From Rotaria socialis (Eukaryota): 64,000 bases of DNA. Shown in pieces: positions 13,609-24,300 of this stretch. How positions within the stretch are numbered: position 1 is the first letter of the stretch; each line of letters begins with the position of its first letter. The DNA lies in NCBI GenBank assembly GCA_905331295.1, contig CAJNYD010000034.1, positions 248,001 to 312,000 of the forward strand, given 5' to 3'. The position numbers and the translations under genes are program-made. The notes beneath the pieces were generated by a model. It saw nothing but the letters and a program-made list of their open reading frames with translations. It made no database searches and was not told the DNA's origin.

Positions 13609-14166
13609 TTATTTAATCTTATTATCGTTAGATATATTTAATCTAAAATAAAATTTCAGATCAAATTCAATGCAAATTTCATATTCGATCTTTCATCGTC
13701 ATCATGTTTATTAAGCAATGTATAATAATATTTTAGTCGATTCGTTTACATAAACCACGATTGACCAATAATAAATAGTATTGAGGCCAGAGTAGTTGAA
13801 TAAAGAGATAAATGAAAAAAAAATCAATTTGAATTTTGAAAGTTTTGATTTAATATATGATTTTCTAGCAAATGATTTAGCTACAGATAGTTGGTCAAGA
13901 GAGGTCGCTAATACATCGCGCACTCTGGAATTGCGCACCGAAAAACAAGTGATAACAGAAGTAGATGTTGTACAGCTAGTAGAAATTTTAACAAGGTAGT
14001 GTATCAGCTTTGAAAAACCAAAAGGTTGAATAGATTTCAAAAGTAGACGAGCAAATTTCTTCTTTTATCTATATTCTCAATCTCAAATTTCTATTCGTCT
14101 ATGTTTGAATGAGTTCAATAATCTGATGGAGATATGGATTGAGTCAAGGGAGATCGAAAAATTTTA

Positions 14167-14452
14167 CCCAGGACGAGCTTTACGACGTCCGTATACGGTG
14201 AAATACGGGCCGTATGCGGCCGTTTTCTGCCGTATACGACGGTAAATCGCCGTATTTGGCCGTATTACATGGCTCCGTATTACGATCGTAAATCTCCGTG
14301 TCGTAATACGGTGAAATACGATCAAAAACGACCGTAAAGCGCCGTATTTCGCCGTATACGGCACGGAGATTTACGATCGTAATACGGAGCCATGTAATAC
14401 GGCCAAATACGGCGATTTACCGTCGTATACGACCGTGTATGTTCGACCTGGG
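14167..14452. mobile_element. MITE, CCCAGG..CCTGGG termini, CGTA/TACG-rich palindromic interior
   Basis: Ends cccaggacgagc / gttcgacctggg; flanked by tta on both sides; internal 75-bp inverted arms 14231-14305 and 14357-14431. Confidence 0.85.
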
Positions 14453-14660
14453 TTATTCAATATGGGTACAATCAATGATTATTAGTCATTGTGAATAAAG
14501 GACACTTTTTAGGAACGGTCAAAGTTGATTTTGATAAAAAATTTCATTTCTTTTCTATATTCAAAGCTATGTCATGATTTATGATATTAGAGTAGACATC
14601 TTTTTTTTGCCTTGTTTGACGGTGTAACATTTCTATTGAATGCTTAGATAATTCTATGAG

Positions 14661-15504
14661 CAGTGGCGTAGCCAAGGGGGGGGGGGCATTGGGCAATTGC
14701 CCAATAAATTTTTAAGGCAAAAGAAATGGCCCAACCCCNATCGAGAAAAGTCAATTGACGATATTTTCCACCGAAGCAATAATCAAAATAATGACAATTC
14801 CATCATATTTTGACCTGAAAGAAACTTATGCCCTCACTTAAAGTTGGTGATAAAGATATAAGTGTATATTCATGAATCTTTCGAGAGAACATAGAATTTT
14901 TTCGAACCCAAATGACAGACGTAGCTTAAACCGAATACTTGAACGGTATAAATGTTGACAATACTTTCGCAATTTGATTAATAAAAATTCCAATTCGCAA
15001 AACAAGATGTTAATGAGTGCCGTTTGAAAATTTCACTTAGTAATTAGTAGAAAGAGTAATGGAATCCCATGTAGAAAATGAAGGATATAATCAGGTTCAA
15101 ATCGATTTTAATTTGATTATACCCTTCATTTTTTTTACATGGGATGATAATATATAGTTCAGAGATTGTACAGATCATCATTATGCGGTGAGAGATGATA
15201 AAGTGAGTTGATGTTCTTTTCGTTCTATTTAGGATTAATCATGATTTTTACTGTAGAAATAAATAGATAGCTATTTAGAAATAAAGAATTCATTTATGAA
15301 AAAGAGAACATTAGCAAACACGGTCATTTCTAATAGGGTAGTGACATATTTCTTTGAAACAACATAGATTTGGAGGTAGCAATAAACTTTTGACAATTTC
15401 CAGTTGCGGCCCAATCGATTTTTAATTGCCTAATACCGCCCATATCTCAAAATAATTTAGCTGGGAAGCGGCTCATCACTCAAAAAATCCTAGCTACGCC
15501 ACTG
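14661..15504. mobile_element. Non-autonomous hAT-like DNA transposon
   Basis: 12-bp perfect TIR cagtggcgtagc / gctacgccactg with poly-G behind the left end; no clear 8-bp TSD; no transposase ORF. Confidence 0.7.
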
Positions 15505-15925
15505 ATGATATGGAAACAAAATTAAGGGTATTAGTGAAAATTTGTTCTTGTGCTATAATATCAAGTCGCTGGGGTGCTATAACTTTTTTTTTGCATTAAA
15601 AAATCAAATTTTGGTCACCTATTTTCATGTTTATATTGGCTCCTGTTGGGTCGAATGTAATTATAATCCCTGCTATTTTCCATGTGTTCTGTAGAACACA
15701 ATTTTTGAGAGATTCATAATTGATTTGTTTGTGATTTTTTCACCAACCAGTCGTTCAAACTCTTCTCTATTGCTCTAAATTAATCCTAGATTTATAATTC
15801 AAAAAAAGATTTCGCAAAATGCCATTTACAACTTACTACTCGGTAAAGGGTCTTTCATGATCGGATACATGTTGCAATGACGAAAAATATCCAGTTGATG
15901 GAAAGATTAATCTGTCACAAGAGCT

Positions 15926-16202
15926 CCCAGGTCGAACATTCCGGTCCCGGAAACGGCCGGTTCTGTGGTATTCCGGAGATTTCATGGAAGCAGTATTCCG
16001 GTGAAAGGATCCGGTGACCGGATTTATCCGGTTCCGGCCGGAATCGACAGGAACCTGTCAAAACTGGTAGCCGAATACGGTTTCCGGATTCCTGCATCGA
16101 ATTCCGGACAATTACCGGTGGGTTCCGGTCGGAAACAGCGAGTTTCTTGCAGGTTTTCGCCGGAAATTCACGGAATACTGCTTCAGGAATCATTGTCCTG
16201 GA
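15926..16202. mobile_element. MITE, CCCAGGTCGAAC left end, CCGG-rich interior
   Basis: Left end is the exact reverse complement of the right end of 14167-14452; right end cctgga; ct on both flanks. Confidence 0.8.
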
Positions 16203-17082
16203 CTAAACTTCTCATTTCAAAATGCAAAGAACTCTCAGCACCTATCAGTCGTTCGTTCGTTTTTTTCTCGTCGTCTAGCATAAGCTTTTCTTGGTCGGAT
16301 TGACTTTTTCATGAAATTTCAATGACAACAAGTGTATTATAGTATTGATGATGATGACGGATAACCAGATAAGCATCAATTTTGTAGTTTTATTCTATTA
16401 GAATTTTTCTCAAAAATAACTGAATAATCATCAGATAAGTTCATACAAACTGCATAGAGATGTATATATTGTAAGCTTGAAAATATCTCTTCTCCTTAGA
16501 TATTAATTTTTCAAAAGTTGAATCTAAATAATGAATAGTTAGTTAATAAAAAATAACCTAGTGAATTCTGAAATATGTTTTTGAAGAAATGAAAATAGCA
16601 TGGCAGTCGATATAGATTAGATTCGATTGTTTTGTTCCGAATGAACTTTTTTCATTTACATTAATATTTTGTATTTACTTTTCCAGATCTATAATGAAAT
16701 AGTTATGTTGTACAAACCTATTTCAATAATCTTGATTTATTGAGTAAAAATAGACTAACGATTTTAACATCCACGTTGTTGCCTCTCGTTTAAAACAGTA
16801 CAATAAGTGTGCTTAAGTTAATTTTTTCATTAATGAGAATGACTTAGAAATATGACAAAAAATATTTTTTATTCAACGACAGTGACATACATTTTTCACT
16901 AGAAAATAGTCGATGTATGAATAATCGTTAAAATGATGAAGATTGAATATCTTCCTTTGATGGTAAACTAACTTGATTGAGAAAACAAAGAAATGAGCAT
17001 ATACAGGATGATGCATCTATTTTTAATAGTTTTGAAATGTCATCTGTGTTTCACAGGAAAGAAAGAAAAATCGTTTGACAGT

Positions 17083-17844
17083 TAGCGGCGTAACCAGGAT
17101 TTTAAGCTAGGGGGGGGGGGGGGGGGGGGGNNNNNNNNNNNNNNNNNNNNNNNNNNNNGGGGCTCGGCCCCAAGACTCTTTAGAATGCTGATGTGTTTAT
17201 TTTGCGATTGTACATCGTTGTTGTTGCGCTTCTTCATTAGATGTGATCAGACGTTTAGATGAAGCAATGAAAGCCGAAGTAAGTGTTAACCCTAACACGA
17301 CCACCTGGGGTCCGTATGGACCCAGCTCAAATCAGGAGCTCTTAATGCATGTTTCGTTCTTTTTACGTGTACATAGAAAAAAGACGAAAACTCCGCAGAC
17401 TGATGGTACATGGTACTCTTATTCAATGTAATATGAATTGAAAAGCTAAACATTAACTATTGACTTTAAATTTCATCCAACTTAGACTGCTAAAATCTGA
17501 GCATTATAGAGTTGATCGCGTGTCAGGGTTAAGTGAAAGTAGAAAGATATATATAAAACAACTGCTACATCTCTTTTATATGACACCGGTCACAGCACTA
17601 TTCACAAGCAGCCTATTTCTCCTCTATTCATTTTATGAAATTTTCGTGGAGAAAATTTTCATTATTAGACAAATAGACAACGATCAATTACTCACATTAT
17701 ATATAGACGACACATGCAGAACAGAACACTTCTTTTTCTTTTCTCTTTACTGTTGTTGATCAAGACGAAATTTTCGTTATTGAACAGGTAAACGACGGTC
17801 AATTACTCACACTGTACATAGNTGCCCTTGTGGTTACGCCACTA
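17083..17844. mobile_element. Non-autonomous hAT-like DNA transposon spanning an N gap
   Basis: TIR tagcggcgtaacca / tggttacgccacta (13/14); flanks ttgacagt / ttggtagt (6/8, decayed TSD); poly-G after left end; internal imperfect direct repeat 17675-17710 vs 17791-17821. Confidence 0.7.
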
Positions 17845-17925
17845 TTGGTAGTATCACGCGATAGAAGTGATTGCTCTCTATCTCTTAATGTGTTCTGTCT
17901 CTGTAAGGGATACGTGACATCTAGC

Positions 17926-17992
17926 TACCGCTATACCGCTATAAGACTGTAACAGTATAGTGGTATAGTGGTATTGCGGTATAGCGGTATAA
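17926..17992. repeat. Inverted TACCGCTA/TAGCGGTA subrepeat cluster, probable MITE remnant
   Basis: taccgctataccgctata ... tatagtggtatagtggtattgcggtatagcggtata. Confidence 0.55.
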
Positions 17993-18343
17993 GCATTTTG
18001 AATTTGCCGCAAATTCAAATACCTCATGAAGTCACGAGCATACACAGATGACGACAAACAGACACAGAAAAACAAAAATCTTATGTGCACTCTGTGATAA
18101 TCAATATAAAGGAATCGCTTATTCCTCTTGGTTAGATCAATGTTCTAGCACGTAAAAACAACTAAGCTTTCTGTTTAACACGCCAGAGATATCAGATTTA
18201 ATCATAAACGAGGTTTTGATTGCCAATTTTAATTCTCATATATAAAATGTCTAAAATCGTGACTTTTCACCCAAGTTACACCTATTTGATGCGTTATGAG
18301 ACTATTGGTTTGGCATAGAAAGGAGTGTCATTTCCATAAAAGT

Positions 18344-21300
18344 ATGATGGAATCGACAGGACTGCATTATTTCATATTGGTATTTTTCAGGTAAACTTGT
18401 AACATCGATTCGTTTTTTATTCCATGTCCTGCTCTTAATTCATTAGTGTATTGATAATTCGAGGTAAATGTCAATCATGTGATGGCTTGACTGAATATGC
18501 TCCATGTTCGACGCATTCTGCATGTGCCTGTTTCCGTATGATTGCTTCTTCTAACTCAAGCATCTGTGCCGACCAATTTCTGTTGTCTTGCTCTGAACTA
18601 GTTCAATGTGAAGGCTTAAACAATACTTGTAATGAATTCGAGCATGTGTGTATTTATCATTCTCGATGTCATGATTATCCTATTTGTTATCCGGTACCGA
18701 GTTTCAATGAACAATTCTGTCCGCCGATAAGTAAGAGCAACACAACAGAAACGACGAGGCTGTGTGGGTGTGGGTGCCAGTGAGGATATGAGTATGAGTG
18801 TGGGTGTGAGTCTCCGCTACCCAATCACCCACACCCACACCCTTTTTTCTGTGCCTAGTTAGTGCAATTCTTGAAATATTTCGATGGCTGTTTCTTTTTT
18901 GATGTGGTGGCAGAGTTTCGGTATGTGCGTGTTGAAATTGAACGAAGATATTAGTTTCAAAATTCACATCTCGATATTCAAATTCACTACAGAAAACACA
19001 AGTGAATGTCGGATTCAGATTAGAGCGAACTTACACATTCTCAACCAAACATCCTATTTCTCTACAAATACGAATATTCATCATCTTGATAGTTCACAGC
19101 GCAGTTGTAGCTGAGAGGATTTTAGAAGTTGATAACGGATGTTCCATAAAGCTGAGCTTGTCGGGCAGAGAATTCATTTCTCTACGTTTGTTTTTCAGCT
19201 AGTTTTTCTTTCATGTCAATGTAAGATTTAAAATTCATCTGGGCGAGCAAAGAAACAAAAAAGAGATGAAATTTTAAAATAGTGGCTCTGGTGAAAGGTC
19301 AAATATTCTACAATATTCCAAATAAAGGTATCTAGCTATTGATGCCCTTCTCAGGATTTCAGAATAAATATTTGGGTGAAAAGGTTCTAAATGGAAAATG
19401 TGGAAACACCCAAAAAACCCTTTCCTGGCAAAGTCATGTGATTGTTCTGTATTTATTCGAAGCAGTCTAAGTGTTTCAGCTGCTCAAACTAACATTTACG
19501 CCATTTTGTAGCCAACGGCATGAGAATAAATGTTTTACCGCGCCGATGTATGCTGTAGTAGGTGTTGATATTTTAAATCCTACACTGATAAAAAAAAACG
19601 ATCTGAAAGATAAAGGAGATAGTTGGTAGATAAATAGATTTTGTGTCCGACAAACTTAGAATCAGATCTTAAGAGAATGATCAAATCCCCGAAAGGCAGC
19701 AAACAAAAATTGACCATTCTTTATAGAGCATCCGTTAGTTAAAAAAATAGAGTTATTACTACAAACTTTAGGACACACTAAATTCTATATCACCTTTTAT
19801 GTAAAAACTCAGACTAATTCATTATTTTACACAAATGCTCTATAATAATGAATATGAAACAACGCTGTAGGTACAACTACAACTACAACGACGAGTACAA
19901 CTACAACTACAACTACGACTACGACTACAACAACTATTCAAGAAGGAAGTAAGCTTTTTAGATCATTATTCTCAACCATCCTCCATTCTTATTTCGAATC
20001 GAACACCTGTAGTTATTTTTATGCTATTTCACTATGTGGATATCTAAAGTTTAACTTGATGAACTTAGTTATTTTATATTATGAGTAATTGGACTGCCAG
20101 CATAAGAACAACTAAAGATTTTTCAATTTTCATGTATTATTTAACTATTCTCGGGATAATCAAAATTAGCTTTGCTTTATTGGCATGTTCATGTCAATGG
20201 GAACTTAACATGATTATGATCTCCATCGATGAGGTCATTTGGTTACTGGCGGTTTTATGAGTCATATAAGTTACAAGCTCACTTCCGTCAAAATTAGAAA
20301 AAGGTTTTCGAAATTTTTTAACTCTCTTGTAAGCGAAAATGCAAGGTACTATAAGAAATACCCGATTGATCGCAAAAAATAATCTACCGTTAATGAATTC
20401 TATTGCTACTGCATTAATGAAATAGTTGCTGGGATCAGATCAAATATTTACAAATTGAAGGACGATACAACCACAAACTTCCAAATTCATAAGACAAACG
20501 ACTACAAGATTCTTTAACTAGAAGCTCAAAGGAGGTTTTAGCTTATAGCTGTCTACCAAAGGGAAAAAATGATCCACATGACGTGGCCTCATAATTGAAG
20601 ACGACTTTTCTCCAGATTCGAAGAGAACTACAATTAAGCATTGTTAAATTGATAAAAACATAAAAATTAAGTTCTTTTGACTTTTGGAAACCTTTTCCTC
20701 GTTAGGATTATAGTATTGCAGTCCTATTCAGCAATAGATGAAATCAAATGATATGCGGACAAAAAGATCAACTCCCACACTATTCTTCTGTTCTTCAAAT
20801 CGAAATCTTTTGTAATTCTGACAAATTTTGAAAGCTTTCTGGTCGAATTTAGTATCTAAATGCTCTCTGACATTCTCTAATTTCCCTCCTACGAAAATAT
20901 CTCGAAAAATCTTTCTCCTATACCAAATTAGATGATTTCATCAATTAATTTTCATTACGAGTTCGATAAACGTAACAGCGGGNNNNNNNNNNCCCCCCCC
21001 CCGTCTTGCTTCTAAGACTGGCTGATAAGATTGTGCATTCATAATGAACGACGACAGTATTTTTTCAAAAAAGATTAGTTTATGTTATTTTGTTCTCGTT
21101 TTTTTCTCGTTTCTTAGTTCAACTATTTAGAGATGTACTTGCTTTTATCTCTTCGTCATAAACATGAAGTTCAATATTTCAATATTTTCCACCGCTACTG
21201 TCACTTTTAATAGATATTAAACATACTATTTTTGTTGATTAATTGGTCTGATATAGAATATCTAATTTTAAAACGATAGCTATCCATTGATTGTAAATGA

Positions 21301-24300
21301 GTAAGAGAAATGTTCAGAAACTATATTAAGAGTAAAGAGCACTTCGAGAACATGTTGAATTGGACAAAAATAAAGAAATTGCAAAAAGACAATTATTTAT
21401 ATGCGGTATTACATAATTTGTTTTTGACTGCTAATATCATGATCAATTAAACATTCAACGCAGTCGTCTTCTTTAGCTCAACTATTTTCATCTCAATAGA
21501 TTTCTTTGTCTAATAGTATATTCAAAATCAGTGACATAATTATGTTGAAACTCGTAAAACTGTTGTAACCTAGATATTTTTCTCGATATAATTAAGGAAA
21601 AAAGCTCTCTACTGAGACAACCAATATTCATTGCAAAGAGAATTATCCGTTATCCAATATGTTATAACTATTAACGGAGAAAGTTGTCTTATATTAGTTT
21701 CTATATTTGAAGAATTAAATATAATAGTCAGCACATTTTTTTTTATAGATATAAGACAAAATTGATTAATCATGACTTTCATGTCTCTGTAAATGTAAAA
21801 AAATTCACATATATGTACTCTTTTTATCAGCACAGCTAAATTTCTGACAAAAAAAAATATGATCATCCATAATTTATATCGAAGTAAATAGTAGTTAAAA
21901 ACAAAAATTTCATTCTATATAAAAATTTTGAGTTCTTTTAAATATAAATAGCCACCTTCTTTCATGAAATAAAGATCTACTCCCTGCTATTTAAAAACTT
22001 GCTTCTTCCAATTAATCAAGTTTTCACAATTTCTGATATTTTTTCTATAGAGACATTAGAACCTTATTTCCGACCCAATATCATCATTTGAATTTGAGAA
22101 TGAAACTTGAGCAACAACATATTATCTACAAACTGATCTGAATTTAATTAGTTAATCGTATCAATTTTTTCCATTTAAATAGATAGATATGATCAGTCTA
22201 GCAATGTAAAATCTAGAATAAATGATTTTGTGAAACATTTTCTCAGTCCCAGGTGAACTAATCCGACATCGGATTCCATCGGATCTCTTAGGATCCAAAA
22301 TTCCGACAAAAACCCGACGGACAAAATCAATTTTCTTAATCAGGAGTGAATAAGCATCTGATGCCATCAAAATACAAGGGTTGTATACTAGCGTCGGTTT
22401 CCGTTGAATTCCGACATAGGTTTTTCTCGGATTCCAGCGGCAGGGATCCGACTGTAAATCCGTTTCCAGGAATCCAACGGAATTTCATCGGTTTTACTAA
22501 CATTTTAATGATATCGGATAGGATTCCCTCTGGGATCTTATCGGATCCTACTATCGGAATGATTCTTCTGGGGTGATGAAATCTCAAAAGAGGGTCAAAG
22601 TTTTTAAAATGAAATCAAAAATAGTTCTACAAGTGCAGTTTTTATACGATTATGCTGATAGATAATGTCTTACTAAGTTTGAATTTCATTCGCAAAATGA
22701 AACATCAAAGAGACATGTTGAATATACATCATGCAGTTAAAGAATTTCGACGGAACAAAATAAGTTCTAGTAAAAATATTTGATTGAAAAATCAAGATAT
22801 TCATAAATGATAATCGATGAGATTCCAGCAACTCTGATGCTTATTTAGATTAGACTAAAGATTATAATCAGCTATTTGCGATTTCTTTTCAATTGACTTG
22901 TATTTGATTTGCAGTAATAATCAGTTTCCATCAGTATAGTTGATGAATTGTGTACTATAAGTTAATAAGATCGACATTCTTTCAATTAACATATTGAAAT
23001 TCCAAATTATGTCTTATCTGTGTATACCAATTGAAGAAAGTTTTGAAATAACCATACGTATCTAAGATTTCGTTCCACTATTTAAACTTACATGTGATCC
23101 ATCTTATTATTTCAGAATTCAAGTCTAATTGCAGCTCAGACTTATGATAATCCAGTCACACAATATTAATCCAATAGTCAAAAAGGGTTATGAGTGAAAA
23201 CATAACTATAAACACATAGTTCGTAAGACCTTTTCATTATACTATAAAAAAAAGTGGCTTTCATTTGCTTTTTGTAAATAATATGTTTTTTCCATATATT
23301 CAAATTGTTGTAGTAGTACCTCAATGCCTGTTTGATGAAGACTTGATAGATTCGTAAGATTTTTCTTATAAATATTATTTCCATTCACTTGGCTTATTTC
23401 AATTGAGAAATTGTATAAGAAAATATATGAACCCTTACTAATTTTGTCATAAAAAGAATTTGTTTTTGAAAATGAGATTTTCTGATTTGTCTGCGATCGA
23501 GGTGATAATTGCACGAAAAATGAATCGCACCTACAATTAATTCACTTATAATCACTGATCAATACAAACTGTTCATATTATACTCATTAAGCTTTTTTTT
23601 CTAAATGGAATGCTCTTCATTAAATTCTCTCATAGAATATATTAAAAATGACGATTATTTTTTCGCAACCAAATAATCAGAAAGGAATCGACATCAGTTT
23701 TTGAATATTTTCTGTTTATACATACGTATATGGCGCATTCACTTCATACTTATGTAACTATAAAATCATTCGTATAATATATTATAACGATGTAAAAGAA
23801 AATTTATTGAGAACATACCAAAAATAAGTTTCTACGTTCTAGCAATAAGTTGTCTACTTAATGAATACAATAGTATTAATAAACTCGGAATAATGTAAGA
23901 AAGAAATATTTTAACATCTTCTTCTTTTTTCGATAAGTGATCGGATAAAAATAATATTACATTAAACCCTGTACAAAACATATAAAGTGTTTCAATCTTA
24001 AATAATTTTTCAAATCTTACAAAAATCTTTCTCCTTAAAACTTACCATTGAGAATTCTTTTCAAACTTTCAAATGTTTCCTTCTAAAGAACCTGTTACAG
24101 ATTCATTCTCATGGTTTCTCTACTTGTTTCTAGAACGACGACTATTAGGAGGAATATTTCTCTAATTTGCGACTTAATAATTCCCTTTAAATTTACATGA
24201 ATTCCTAAAAAAAGATCTATTGAAGGAATATTGTCCTACACATTCGAAATTACAGGACTGAAATTTCTATTACTTTATTTAGATATTACCCATCGAATTA

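Noticed and set aside
14167..14452. CRISPR-like array
   Set aside because: Repeats are inverted with no unique regular spacers, there are no cas genes, and the context is eukaryotic.
17111..17160. Poly-G tract as a functional G-quadruplex
   Set aside because: It abuts an N gap, so its length is unreliable; poly-G also follows the left TIR at 14661, so it is a transposon trait.
14164..22587. ORFs at 14164, 15915, 15965, 22336 and 22346
   Set aside because: They coincide with GC-rich MITEs that lack stops by composition; no protein motifs.
20300..23520. Nested gene or transposase in the NHL intron (e.g. ORF 23242-23514)
   Set aside because: Only short broken frames with no recognisable motif.
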